A stretch of 47,491 nucleotides of DNA from an uncultured Cellvibrionales bacterium (GTDB lineage Bacteria > Pseudomonadota > Gammaproteobacteria > Pseudomonadales > Cellvibrionaceae): contig CAJWCA010000001.1 of the NCBI GenBank assembly GCA_913020395.1, positions 1 to 47,491 of the forward strand, in the 5' to 3' direction. The notes under the pieces were generated by a model. It made no database searches. It was not told the origin of the DNA and saw only the letters and a list, made by a program, of their open reading frames with translations. A program made the position numbers and the translations under genes. Below, in pieces: positions 25,812 to 35,659 of the stretch; the first letter of the stretch is position 1, and each line of letters begins with the position of its first letter.

Positions 25812-28676
25812 ATGGCTGCCCAAAAAACAGAAGAGATGTACAGCGCAATCGGTTTTTATCACCGTTTCTTCCACCAGCGTTCAGACACCTGGAATCAACT
25901 CAAAACAGATGTCGCCAGTTTGGCTAAAGAGAGCGAGGGGAGTGAGAAACTAGAGCGCTTGAATACCTCGGTTGTTAATGCTCTAGTGCAGTTAGAACGT
26001 TTTGAGGAATACACAGCGTTCCCTTCTAAGAGTGACTTCCAGTATTTGTGGCGGCTCTATCACAGCGAACAGTTTCAGCAATTGGACGTATCAGTGTCAC
26101 GGGTTGTGCGTGCGATTTCTTCCGGGATATACAGAAGTAAGTCCATTGTGCTCGATCAGCCTTTGATGAAAATGCATAAAGCCGAGGACGACCACCACGC
26201 CTCAGAGCTCACGCCAACGGTCACAAAAAGCAAAAATCGTCCTTATTTTGAGCTTCTGCTGGTTGATAATTTTTCGTCGGTTAAGCAGGAAGAGGCCGCC
26301 AGACGTGCTTTGCTGGACATGCGGCACGCCGATGACCGGTACATTTATGACGTTGTTGCGGTGAATAACTTTGAAGATGCATTGGTGGCTCTGCTCATCA
26401 ACCCGAATATTCAGTCATGTATTGTGAGGCATGACTTTGCATTTCGCTCTAAAAACGAAACCGGGTTTTTGCACCCCTATATGCCAAGTACCAATGATTC
26501 TGAATTTGCCGATCTGAAAGATGCGCAAAAGGGAGTGTTGTTGGGCACAGCGCTGAAAAACATACGTCCTGAAATTGATTTATTTTTACATACCAATAAC
26601 GCCTTGGAAGAGGCCGCCACGGGTGAGGCGCTCTGTTTTAACCGAATTTTCTACGGTGATCCGGACATTATTGAGCAGCACCACAGCATTCTACGGGGAA
26701 TTTATGGTCGTTATCAGACGCCATTCTTCTCCGCACTGCGTTTACATAGCCGGCGGCCTATCGGTGTTTTTCACGCCATGCCGCTGTCTCGGGGCAAGTC
26801 CATTTTTGCGTCAAACTGGATTCAAGACATGGCCGAGTTCTATGGGCGCAATATCTTTATGGCCGAGACTTCTGCCACATCCGGTGGTCTGGATTCCCTG
26901 TTGCAACCCCGGGGGCCAATGAAAAAAGCACAGGAATTGGCGTCGAAGGCGTTTGGTTCAAAAGAAACGTATTTTGTCACCAATGGCACGTCAACCGCCA
27001 ATAAAATTGTTGTTCAGGCGCTGATTAAACCGGGCGATATCGTATTGGTAGACCGGGACTGCCACAAGTCCCATCACTATGGCCTGATGTTAATGGGGGC
27101 CAATGTTTCCTATTTAGACTCCTATCCGCTTGATCACTATTCGATGTACGGTGGTGTGCCCCTGAGGGATATCAAGAAAAAACTGCTTGAATTCAAACGG
27201 GCGGGAAAACTTGATCGTGTCAAAATGTTGTTGCTCACGAACTGCACGTTTGACGGCATTGTCTACAATACTCGCCGTGTGATGGAGGAGTGTCTGGCGA
27301 TCAAACCAGACTTGGCATTCCTGTGGGACGAAGCATGGTTTGCCTTTGCAACGTTCAATCCAATTTATCGACCGCGCACGGGTATGCATGCGGCCAGAAA
27401 AATTAAACACACCTGCCGCACCGAAGACTATCGCAAGCGGTATCAGGAGTACAAAACGGCCTTTGATAAACTCGACCCGGAAGATGATGCCACCTGGCTT
27501 GATCGCCCGTTAATGCCAGACCCAGATAAAGTGCGCATGCGGGTATATACCACTCACTCAACCCATAAAACGCTCACGTCTCTGCGTCAGGGCTCGATGA
27601 TTCATGTCTACGATGAAGATTTCAGGAGTCAGAGTCGGGGCGCTTTTCACGAAGCGTATATGACTCATACCTCTACGTCGCCAAATTACCAGATTTTGGC
27701 GTCTTTGGATGTGGGCAGGCGCCAAGTAGATTTTGAGGGCTACGAGCTGGTTCACAAGCAGATTGAAGTGGCCTTGGCGCTTCGTGAGCAGTTGTATCGT
27801 CATCCCACCTTGAGCCGGTATTTTAAGGTTCTGGTGAATAAAGACCTGGTGCCAGGAGAATTTAGACAGTCGGGTGTCGAGAGTTACTACGATGACAAAA
27901 CCGGCTGGAGTCACATGGAGGATGCCTGGTATGACGATGAATTTGTGGTTGACCCAACACGCATCACTCTTTACATCGGTAATACAGGTGTTGACGGCGA
28001 CACCTTTAAAAACCGTTATTTAATGGACGCCCACGGTATACAGGTGAATAAAACCTCACGTAACACCGTTCTGTTCATGACCAACATTGGTACAAGTCGC
28101 AGCGCTATTGCCTACCTGATTGGTGTATTGGTTAAAATCGCCCGCGACCTCGATGTCCGGCAGGAAGAGAGTAGCCCGGCCGAACAATTGATCATAAAAA
28201 AACGCGTGGTATCTTTGACAAGGGAGCTGCCGCCGCTGCCGGACTTTAGCCATTTTCATCGAATATTTAGTCCGGGTTATGCAGATCAGACCACCGAAGG
28301 AGATATTCGCAAGGCTTATTTTGATGCTTATGATGATGAAAACTGCGAATTTTTGCGTATTGATAACGGCGATTTACAACGGAAGATTCAAAAGGGTTGC
28401 GAAGTGGTGGCCGCAACATTTGTAATTCCCTATCCTCCTGGGTTTCCCGTGCTGGTACCTGGGCAAGTAATCAGTGAGGAGATACTGGCGTTTATTCTGG
28501 CGTTGGATGTATCGGAAATTCATGGTTACAACCCCGATGTGGGTGTATGTGTTTTCCGAGATTCTTTACTGCAGGCGGAAGATTCCCGCCCGGAAACGAA
28601 AGTTATTACGCAAGAGAAAGTAGAGAAGGAGCGTATCAAAAAGAAAAGAGAGAAAAAGACCGCGGTCCCGCTTTAG
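25812..28676 (+). CDS. Orn/Lys/Arg decarboxylase family (fold-type I, LdcI/SpeC-like) PLP enzyme with extra N-terminal domain and Lys-rich C-terminal tail
   Basis: Motifs TNGTSTANKIVVQALIKPGD, DRDCHKSHHYG and the PLP lysine in YTTHSTHKTLTSLRQGS. A wing (receiver-like) domain starts near residue 145 (YFELLLVDNF...). About 140 aa of unmatched N-terminal sequence precede it. The protein ends ...KVEKERIKKKREKKTAVPL. Confidence 0.85.
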   Translation: MAAQKTEEMYSAIGFYHRFFHQRSDTWNQLKTDVASLAKESEGSEKLERLNTSVVNALVQLERFEEYTAFPSKSDFQYLWRLYHSEQFQQLDVSVSRVVRAISSGIYRSKSIVLDQPLMKMHKAEDDHHASELTPTVTKSKNRPYFELLLVDNFSSVKQEEAARRALLDMRHADDRYIYDVVAVNNFEDALVALLINPNIQSCIVRHDFAFRSKNETGFLHPYMPSTNDSEFADLKDAQKGVLLGTALKNIRPEIDLFLHTNNALEEAATGEALCFNRIFYGDPDIIEQHHSILRGIYGRYQTPFFSALRLHSRRPIGVFHAMPLSRGKSIFASNWIQDMAEFYGRNIFMAETSATSGGLDSLLQPRGPMKKAQELASKAFGSKETYFVTNGTSTANKIVVQALIKPGDIVLVDRDCHKSHHYGLMLMGANVSYLDSYPLDHYSMYGGVPLRDIKKKLLEFKRAGKLDRVKMLLLTNCTFDGIVYNTRRVMEECLAIKPDLAFLWDEAWFAFATFNPIYRPRTGMHAARKIKHTCRTEDYRKRYQEYKTAFDKLDPEDDATWLDRPLMPDPDKVRMRVYTTHSTHKTLTSLRQGSMIHVYDEDFRSQSRGAFHEAYMTHTSTSPNYQILASLDVGRRQVDFEGYELVHKQIEVALALREQLYRHPTLSRYFKVLVNKDLVPGEFRQSGVESYYDDKTGWSHMEDAWYDDEFVVDPTRITLYIGNTGVDGDTFKNRYLMDAHGIQVNKTSRNTVLFMTNIGTSRSAIAYLIGVLVKIARDLDVRQEESSPAEQLIIKKRVVSLTRELPPLPDFSHFHRIFSPGYADQTTEGDIRKAYFDAYDDENCEFLRIDNGDLQRKIQKGCEVVAATFVIPYPPGFPVLVPGQVISEEILAFILALDVSEIHGYNPDVGVCVFRDSLLQAEDSRPETKVITQEKVEKERIKKKREKKTAVPL

Positions 28677-29401
28677 ACCGCGCTCACCTCGGCGATAAAA
28701 ATGTAACCTGTGCCGTGGGCAGTATTGATGTATTTAGGATTGTCCCGGTCATCGCCAAGTTTCTTGCGAATCCGGGCAATCATGACATCAATCGTTCTGT
28801 CGGTTGGAAACCACTCTCTGCGTTCCATGCGGTTCATGATTTGATCCCGGCTAAGCACCGTGCCTGCGTGATTGATCAGGGTGTAGAGTAACTTGAATTC
28901 GCCCTCTGTCAGTTGAATGGACTCCTCGTCTGCCGTGAGCAGTCGGCGACCGACATGCAGAGTCCAACGATCAAAACTCACGGCGGTGGACGTTTTCAAG
29001 CCACTGGGGCCGGAGAGGGGGTTTGCCTTTACTCGAGACAGCAGGTTTTTGACTCGAGCAAACAGCTCTCGGGTGTTATAGGGTTTGGTGACGTAGTCAT
29101 CGGCGCCCAATTCGAGCCCCACAATACGATCGATATCGTCGTCTTTGTGTGTGACCAAAATGATGCCCACATCGGATTTATTGCGAATTTCGCGTGTCAG
29201 CGACAGCCCGTCTTTCCCGGGTAGATTGATATCCATCAGGATAACATCAACGGTATGTTGCTGAATGATCTTTTCAGCCTCATCGCCATTGACCGCCTTG
29301 TGAACGACGTAGTTTTCCTTTTCAAAATAGCTGGCAAGCAAGTTGAGGCTGGCTACTTCGTCTTCAACAATCAATATGCGTGGTGTCTGGTTGTCTGTCA
29401 T
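28673..29401 (-). CDS. OmpR/PhoB-family response regulator (receiver plus winged-helix DNA-binding domain)
   Basis: Motifs RILIVEDE, ILMDINLPGKDG, DDYVTKP and the C-terminal winged helix LTEGEFKLLYTL...RTIDVMIARIRKKL...GTGY. I prefer the ATG at 29399-29401 (MTDNQTP) over the GTG at 29422, but the choice is uncertain. Confidence 0.85.
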   Translation of the reverse strand: MTDNQTPRILIVEDEVASLNLLASYFEKENYVVHKAVNGDEAEKIIQQHTVDVILMDINLPGKDGLSLTREIRNKSDVGIILVTHKDDDIDRIVGLELGADDYVTKPYNTRELFARVKNLLSRVKANPLSGPSGLKTSTAVSFDRWTLHVGRRLLTADEESIQLTEGEFKLLYTLINHAGTVLSRDQIMNRMERREWFPTDRTIDVMIARIRKKLGDDRDNPKYINTAHGTGYIFIAEVSAV

Positions 29402-29415
29402 AGTAATAAAACGTC

Positions 29416-29454
29416 TGTTCACAATCTGTTAATAGTATAAGAGGCTTTGTTACA
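29416..29454. promoter_or_regulatory. TGTTCAC / TGTTAAT / TGTTACA phased repeats between the response-regulator gene and ggt-1
   Basis: TGTTCAC at 29416, TGTTAAT at 29427 (+11) and TGTTACA at 29448 (+21). Confidence 0.4.
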
Positions 29455-29584
29455 AACAACTAAGATTAGGTAATACCGGTTAATCACTTAGTTGGTATAG
29501 TACCGCTAGAAAGCAGTGCTGCTTTTTTCAAGGTCCTTGTCAGTGTAAGGGAAGAAAAATTAATTAACAAGTTGGTGATAAACG

Positions 29585-31351
29585 ATGTCGAATAGCAGGC
29601 TCAGCGTACGACTAATAAAAATATTTTGCTCGGCCATGACTGTAATCTGTGCTGTCTTTATCCAGGCTGATGCAGCCGCAGAAACACCTAAAAAAGCCTC
29701 AGTTTATATCTTGCGTTACGACGCCATTCACCAACCGGTTTACGGTGCCAATGGCATGGTCGCCAGCCAAAATACAGCCTCGAGTGAGGTGGGCCGAGAC
29801 ATATTAGCCCGTGGAGGGAACGCGATTGACGCGGCAGTTGCCATGGGCTTTTCATTGGCTGTCACACTTCCGCGTGCAGGTAACCTTGGGGGCGGCGGAT
29901 TTATGCTGGTTCATGTTGCAGCCGAAAACAAAACGGTAGCCATTGATTATCGAGGCACGGCACCGAGCCGTGCTAAAGCGAGTGATTTCCTCGATCGCGA
30001 AGGTAAGGTTGATGCAAAACGCAGCAAACTCGGCCACACCTCCTCCACCGTGCCTGGCACAGTTGCAGGTTTGTATGCCGCTCATCAGCGCTGGGGAAAG
30101 CTTCCCTGGAAAACCTTGCTTCAGCCCGCTATTAAACAAGCGTCAAAAGGTATTCAAGTCAACCGGGACCTGGCGTGGGCCATACAGGCCAAACGTTCCG
30201 TACTGGCCAAGAACCCAGAGTCACTCAACACTTTTTTTAAGGCCGATGGTGTCGGGTTTGAAGAGGGTGAACTGATGCGCCGACCCCAATTGGCAAAAAC
30301 CTTGAAGCTGATTGCCAAGAAAGGCCGCGACGGTTTTTATCGAGGTGCAGTCGCTGAAAAGATAGAAAAGGACATGGCTCTTCATGGTGGTTTGATCACC
30401 CGGGATGATCTCGCCAATTACGAAGCTGTTGTTAAAGCGCCGTTAAAAGGCAGTTACCGTGGCCACGACGTGGTCACAATGCCACCTCCTGCGGGCGGCG
30501 TTCATTTACTTCAAATGTTAAATACCCTGGAGCACTTTCCACTCGGGCAATGGGGCAGTCAGTCTTCAAAAACCGTGCATGTTTTGTCTGAAAGTATGAA
30601 GCGGGCCTATGCTTACAGGGCTGAATTTCTTGGAGATCCGGATTTTGCTTCAGTCCCCACCCAGTGGTTAATGAGCAAGACATTAGCGGCAGACCTGGCT
30701 GAAGGTATTACACCGAACCGCGCCACACCGGTTGCTGAGATCAAGCCGAAACACCCGGCCTCGTTGGATGAAAGTGCTGATACAACACATTATTCCATCA
30801 TGGACAGTGAGGGGAACGCGGTTTCCAATACTTATACCCTCAGTGCCTCCTTTGGGTCTGGTGTTACGGTAAAAGACACCGGCATTTTGATGAATAACCA
30901 AATCAACAACTTTGCGCTGCGTTATGGGGTGCCGGGCGCCACAGGTGCAAGAGCGAGTTTTGCCAACTCTCTAGCGCCTGGAAAGCGCACTAAAAGTACC
31001 CAAACACCCATTATTGTATTCGCTCAAGGTCGCCCCTGGTTCGCCAGTGGCACACCGGGTGGCAGGCGCATTATCACCACAATGGTACAGGTGGTCTCCA
31101 ATGTCATTGATCATGGAATGAATATCGCTGACGCCACCCATGCCCCCAGAATTCACCAGGGTTGGTCCTCAGATACCCTCGAACATGAACCTGGTTTTAG
31201 TGAAGACACACTGGGTGCATTGAGGGCCATGGGGCACCCGCTAAAACAAGGCGCCACGATGGGCAGCGTGCAATCGGTGCTGTGGCAGAACAATCAATTT
31301 AGTGGTGCGGCCGACCCTCGCAGGCCCAACGCCAGTGCCAGAGGATTTTGA
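29585..31351 (+). CDS. ggt: Gamma-glutamyltranspeptidase (periplasmic Ntn hydrolase), copy 1
   Basis: Signal peptide. Motifs GMVASQ, GGNAIDAAVA, LPRAGNLGGGGFML, the autoprocessing/nucleophile Thr in ADTTHYSIMD, and TPGGRRIITT. Confidence 0.92.
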   Translation: MSNSRLSVRLIKIFCSAMTVICAVFIQADAAAETPKKASVYILRYDAIHQPVYGANGMVASQNTASSEVGRDILARGGNAIDAAVAMGFSLAVTLPRAGNLGGGGFMLVHVAAENKTVAIDYRGTAPSRAKASDFLDREGKVDAKRSKLGHTSSTVPGTVAGLYAAHQRWGKLPWKTLLQPAIKQASKGIQVNRDLAWAIQAKRSVLAKNPESLNTFFKADGVGFEEGELMRRPQLAKTLKLIAKKGRDGFYRGAVAEKIEKDMALHGGLITRDDLANYEAVVKAPLKGSYRGHDVVTMPPPAGGVHLLQMLNTLEHFPLGQWGSQSSKTVHVLSESMKRAYAYRAEFLGDPDFASVPTQWLMSKTLAADLAEGITPNRATPVAEIKPKHPASLDESADTTHYSIMDSEGNAVSNTYTLSASFGSGVTVKDTGILMNNQINNFALRYGVPGATGARASFANSLAPGKRTKSTQTPIIVFAQGRPWFASGTPGGRRIITTMVQVVSNVIDHGMNIADATHAPRIHQGWSSDTLEHEPGFSEDTLGALRAMGHPLKQGATMGSVQSVLWQNNQFSGAADPRRPNASARGF

Positions 31352-31585
31352 AAATGATCAGTGTGGAGAGTAGTCAATCAATGAGTAAAAAAACGACCCG
31401 TTACCACTTGGCCGTCCAGCCCAACATGGTCCCCTATACCCGCTCACCGGCCATGGAACGAGATCACAGCGCTCAGCAGAACGGAGATCAGAAGGGCAGT
31501 AAATCACTGCCCTCGAGGCTTCCGGGCAGTGGATACACCTTTGAAGAGGTAGAGGATTGCGCTGAGCTGGGCTACAACTGAGCCC

Positions 31586-31603
31586 TGTTAACAACTCGTT
31601 AAC
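31586..31603. promoter_or_regulatory. TGTTAAC-N4-CGTTAAC repeat upstream of the second TonB receptor
   Basis: The sequence is cTGTTAACAActCGTTAACAAgg, with GTTAAC cores 11 bp apart, 156 bp upstream of the ATG at 31759. Confidence 0.5.
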
Positions 31604-31758
31604 AAGGTGATACAAGATGAGACGGCCCGCTTATTTGGCATTAACCACAGGGGAGTAGGATGAAATGGTAGGCAGGTAAATAGATCTGTCGCCATTCATG
31701 CAAAACAGCGGTCACAATAAAGCCCAGGTGTCAGACCCCGGGGCAATAGGAGAGCAGG

Positions 31759-34700
31759 ATGTTTAAAGCAAATAAATTAAGCCTTACAATTCTCGGTATT
31801 ATTTCGATGAATTCCACTCTGGCACAGAGTGTGAACGATGCCAATAATTCAGCCGAAGACCTCGATTTGATCCTCGAAGAGGTGGTGGTCACCGGCACCC
31901 ACATTAAGGGTGTAGATGTTGCAGGCGCACTGCCCGTTAGCATGTTGGACAGCGATGACCTCGATGCCATTGGCGCCTCAAGCACCGAAGAGTTGATAGC
32001 CGCTATTCCCCAGGCAGGCCAGGTAACTTTCAACAGCGACGATACCAGCACGTCTTCAAACAGTGTGCGGGGCGACGTTGGCTCTTTGAATCTCCGCGGA
32101 TTGGGCGCAGACAGCACGCTGGTTCTGGTGAACGGCCGCAGAATGGTAATGAATCCTTCCTCTTCTTCCGTTAACGGTGTGCCTGTTCAGTTTGTGAATA
32201 CCTCTATGTTGCCGGCGATGGGCATCGACCGGGTCGAAGTGCTACGGGATGGCGCTGCGGCGATCTACGGTACAGATGCCGTAGCGGGTGTAGCGAACTA
32301 CGTATTAGACACGGATTACGAAGGTTTTGAAGTGGCCGTTCGTCAAGGCGGTGCATCGGGTGAAAGCCTGAACGAAAACACAATTTCGGGCCGGGCTGGC
32401 TTCGAATTTAATGGCGGTCGCACACATGTCACTGTGTTTGGCAGTCGCTTTAATCGCTCGGGTATGGAGGCCAGCGAAGTGGAGTGGGCGGAGTCAAGTG
32501 ACTACCGCGAATCCGATAGAACACCCACTGATTTTATCGGCGATACCTCTCTCAGAAATTTGTCCACCTTCACCCCTTGGGGCCAATTCAATCTGGGTTC
32601 CATAGACTCGGCAACCGGCGCTTTTACGCCGGCGGGTGTATCGGGCATTGCCCGCAGTAGCGACGGTCGATTCCACTTGCAGCCTGAGGGCACCAGCGGT
32701 GGAACCTCTTTGGGTAATGGCATTGAAATTGATGACTCTACTTTGAACAGCGAACTGCGTTATAACATCAACGATCTGCGCATGCTTACCGGTGATATCA
32801 AGCGCAACAATGTCTTTGCGACCATGACACACGAGTTAGACAATGGCATTGAGATGTTTTCAGAAGCCTCTTATTACCAGTCTGATTACGCTTCGTATTT
32901 TGGCCCCAACGTCATTTCCGATGTGAACAAAATGTACATCCCCGCTGATTCCCACTACAACCCCTTTGGGCCGGTTGGCAGTGAACACAGAATGGCTGGG
33001 TTAGATCTTGCTGATGTGCCTGCTGAAGGTTTGAATGTGAAAGTGGATCGTCTGCGTCTTTACGACACAGGTCCAAGAACCATTGACGTTGAAGCGGACT
33101 CTTATCGTTTTGTCGGTGGATTGCGCGGTGAATTTGAAGGCTGGGATTGGGAGTCGGGTGTGTTTTATTCCGAAGCCAAGTCAACAGACTCTCAGTTGAG
33201 TGTGAGTCGCTCACGTTTTTATGAGGCGGTATCACGTACAACACCAGATGCCTACAACCCCTTCACGGGTGGTAACCCTGATGACGTTGCCAATGGAGAT
33301 CCCACCCCTGGTGGCGACGCTTCTGAGTTTACCGTGGATGTTGAACGCCACAACAAAACACGCCTAAGCGGTGCGGATTTTAAAATATCCACTGGATCTT
33401 TGTTTGCTTTGCCCGCGGGTGATGTAGGTGCTGCTTTTGGTATAGAGCAGCGTCGCGAAACCTATGACGACGATCGCGACCCTACACTGGATGGCACCAT
33501 CACCTTTACTCACCCATTAAGCGGTCAGTTCTTTGACAGTGACATTATGGGAGTGAGCGCGACTCCTGACACAGTGGGTAGCCGTGAAGTGTATTCAGCC
33601 TATGCAGAATTTATGGTTCCCATTATTGGTGATCATCAGAATATTCCCTTGGTAAAAAGCCTGAATGCACAACTGGCAATCCGGGGAGAAAACTACTCTG
33701 ATGTCGACGCCGATGTGGTGAAACCTAAGGTGGCAGTATCCTGGCGTCCGACCGACTGGCTGCAAGTTCGCAGTGCCTGGTCAAAAGGCTTTAGAGCACC
33801 AAACCTGGAAACGTTAAACTTGACCGTTCAGGAGCGTTTCAGCAACAACCAGGAAGACTTCCTTCGTTGTGCCACTGGCCAGGCTGCTGGCACCATAGAG
33901 GCTGATGTTGATGCTTGTTCCGCTTCCATCATTACACGCCGATTGGGCAACAGTGATTTGGAGCCTGAAGAGTCTGAAAACCTTACCTTCGGAGTCGTGA
34001 TTGAACCTACCTTTATTGAAGGTTTGACCGTGACCCTGGACTGGTGGGAAATTGAACAAGAAGGTGTTGTTGGGCTCTTTGGTCGTGACAATCACCTCCT
34101 GTTAGATCAGGCAATGCGCTTCCAGGGCAGCACCAACCCCGCCGTTGTACGGGCTGCGGCCACCGCTCAGGACCAGGCTGAAATGGATGCTTACAATGCG
34201 GCAAACAATACTAGTCTTGCCGCAGTGGGCAGCTTGCTTTACATCGATGATCAGTTCCTGAATTTGCAGCCACGTGCAATGCAGGGCACAGATATGAGCC
34301 TGACTTATCGTATTCCGGAAGGAGACTGGGGGCGTTTCACGCTTAAGTTTAACGCCGCTTACTTGATTAAATGGGACCAAGACGCGTCTTCGGATGTGAA
34401 TGCCCTGATGGAAGAGTTGAATGGCAACCCCTTGATCACCGGTGACGTGACCTCTGAAACAGTGGGCAGCCAGTTGTTGGACGAGAGCAAGCCACGCTGG
34501 AGAGCGAATTCCAGTTTGACTTGGAGTAAAGGACCCTGGCGCGCCGGTTTAAGTGCACGGTATGTGGGAGAGGTTTTTGACTACGATGTAGAAGCCGATG
34601 AGAACCCCGGTCAGCACCTTAAAATACCTTCGTGGTTAACCTTCAATACCTACGCAGACTATCGCGTTGAAGGTGGAGCGTTTGACAATACCCGTGTGAG

Positions 34701-34824
34701 ATTAGGTGTAAACAACCTGTCTGATGAAGAGCCACCACTGTTTGATGCCTCTGCGGGTTACAGCGCATCGCTGCATTCCAATCGGGGTCGCTATGTCTAC
34801 TTGGATATTAAGAAGTCGTTCTAA
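31759..34824 (+). CDS. TonB-dependent outer-membrane receptor (large, 1021 aa)
   Basis: Signal peptide, TonB box/plug LEEVVVTGTHIKG, RVEVLRDGAAAIYGTDAVAGVANY, a long barrel and the terminal ...YLDIKKSF. Confidence 0.9.
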   Translation: MFKANKLSLTILGIISMNSTLAQSVNDANNSAEDLDLILEEVVVTGTHIKGVDVAGALPVSMLDSDDLDAIGASSTEELIAAIPQAGQVTFNSDDTSTSSNSVRGDVGSLNLRGLGADSTLVLVNGRRMVMNPSSSSVNGVPVQFVNTSMLPAMGIDRVEVLRDGAAAIYGTDAVAGVANYVLDTDYEGFEVAVRQGGASGESLNENTISGRAGFEFNGGRTHVTVFGSRFNRSGMEASEVEWAESSDYRESDRTPTDFIGDTSLRNLSTFTPWGQFNLGSIDSATGAFTPAGVSGIARSSDGRFHLQPEGTSGGTSLGNGIEIDDSTLNSELRYNINDLRMLTGDIKRNNVFATMTHELDNGIEMFSEASYYQSDYASYFGPNVISDVNKMYIPADSHYNPFGPVGSEHRMAGLDLADVPAEGLNVKVDRLRLYDTGPRTIDVEADSYRFVGGLRGEFEGWDWESGVFYSEAKSTDSQLSVSRSRFYEAVSRTTPDAYNPFTGGNPDDVANGDPTPGGDASEFTVDVERHNKTRLSGADFKISTGSLFALPAGDVGAAFGIEQRRETYDDDRDPTLDGTITFTHPLSGQFFDSDIMGVSATPDTVGSREVYSAYAEFMVPIIGDHQNIPLVKSLNAQLAIRGENYSDVDADVVKPKVAVSWRPTDWLQVRSAWSKGFRAPNLETLNLTVQERFSNNQEDFLRCATGQAAGTIEADVDACSASIITRRLGNSDLEPEESENLTFGVVIEPTFIEGLTVTLDWWEIEQEGVVGLFGRDNHLLLDQAMRFQGSTNPAVVRAAATAQDQAEMDAYNAANNTSLAAVGSLLYIDDQFLNLQPRAMQGTDMSLTYRIPEGDWGRFTLKFNAAYLIKWDQDASSDVNALMEELNGNPLITGDVTSETVGSQLLDESKPRWRANSSLTWSKGPWRAGLSARYVGEVFDYDVEADENPGQHLKIPSWLTFNTYADYRVEGGAFDNTRVRLGVNNLSDEEPPLFDASAGYSASLHSNRGRYVYLDIKKSF

Positions 34825-34836
34825 AAGTAGATAGAT

Positions 34837-34867
34837 AAAAAAACGGGGCTTTATGCCCCGTTTTTTT
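34837..34867. terminator. Bidirectional Rho-independent terminator
   Basis: AAAAAAA-CGGGGC-TTTAT-GCCCCG-TTTTTTT lies between the convergent receptor gene (stop at 34824) and the binding-protein gene (stop at 34883). Confidence 0.85.
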
Positions 34868-34882
34868 ATGCCCAAATATTCA

Positions 34883-35656
34883 CTATTGCCATTTCTCCGT
34901 GAATGCTTGAAGGGAGGCGAGCCTGGTGGAAAACAGGCGGCCGTGTGTGCCGTCCTCTTTCAAGGCTTCAAACGCACTGCGAAGTTTCTTTACCAGTGCT
35001 GGATCAGAATCCAGGCTCAGTGCCATATAGAGCCCGTTAACCACTCCGTCTATTTCTACTGCCGGTTTAATTTTTTGGCAATCGATCTCCGTTCGCTGGC
35101 AGAGTGGAAAAATGCCGCCGTCACTCATCGCAAACAAATCAACACGTTCCAGCATTAGTTTTTTTAGATTCTGTGCGCTGTTGTTAACAGGTTGAAGTTG
35201 CTCAAACCCTTTGTCCAGCAGCATCTCGTGATGAGCGTGATAATTCACAACGCCAATTTGGTAGGGGCGGGCATCACTCAGCGTTTGCAGCTGAATGTCA
35301 CTCCGGTCTTTAAGTTGGAACAGGTAGTAGCGAATGGGCACCAGGGCTCCAATCCAGATAAAGTCTTGCTCGCGCTTTTGAGTTCTAGCCAGGGGGTAAA
35401 TTAAAACGTTGGCCTGTTTTCTGCCATTGTGATAAGCCCTTCGCCAGGGTAGATAGTTTAATTGATAATCGATGCCTGCCTGTTTTAGTAAGAGTTCAAC
35501 AAAACGGGTGGCCTCGCCATCGCCGGGGTTTTCTTCCGACGCGCGGGTGATGGGGGTTGATTCTGTATTGACGGTGAGCAATGGGTCGGCCCCGAGGCTT
35601 GAGTGGGCACCAATGCTTAGAGACACGGCCAATGCGATAGCTGAAAATTGTTTCAT
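34883..35656 (-). CDS. Periplasmic solute-binding protein family 3-like, orphan, cotranscribed with the hybrid kinase
   Basis: Signal peptide MKQFSAIALAVSLSIGAHS and an SBP_bac_3-like two-lobe pattern. Its start lies 4 nt after the kinase stop. No ABC transporter genes are nearby. Confidence 0.7.
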   Translation of the reverse strand: MKQFSAIALAVSLSIGAHSSLGADPLLTVNTESTPITRASEENPGDGEATRFVELLLKQAGIDYQLNYLPWRRAYHNGRKQANVLIYPLARTQKREQDFIWIGALVPIRYYLFQLKDRSDIQLQTLSDARPYQIGVVNYHAHHEMLLDKGFEQLQPVNNSAQNLKKLMLERVDLFAMSDGGIFPLCQRTEIDCQKIKPAVEIDGVVNGLYMALSLDSDPALVKKLRSAFEALKEDGTHGRLFSTRLASLQAFTEKWQ

Positions 35657-35659
35657 AAC

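Noticed and set aside
31348-31615. 77-aa plus-strand and 85-aa minus-strand ORFs in the ggt-1/TonB-receptor gap
   Set aside because: Neither has a Shine-Dalgarno, a hydrophobic core or any motif. They are mutually overlapping in a region that also holds the regulatory repeats. I treat the region as non-coding, although a small protein cannot be excluded.
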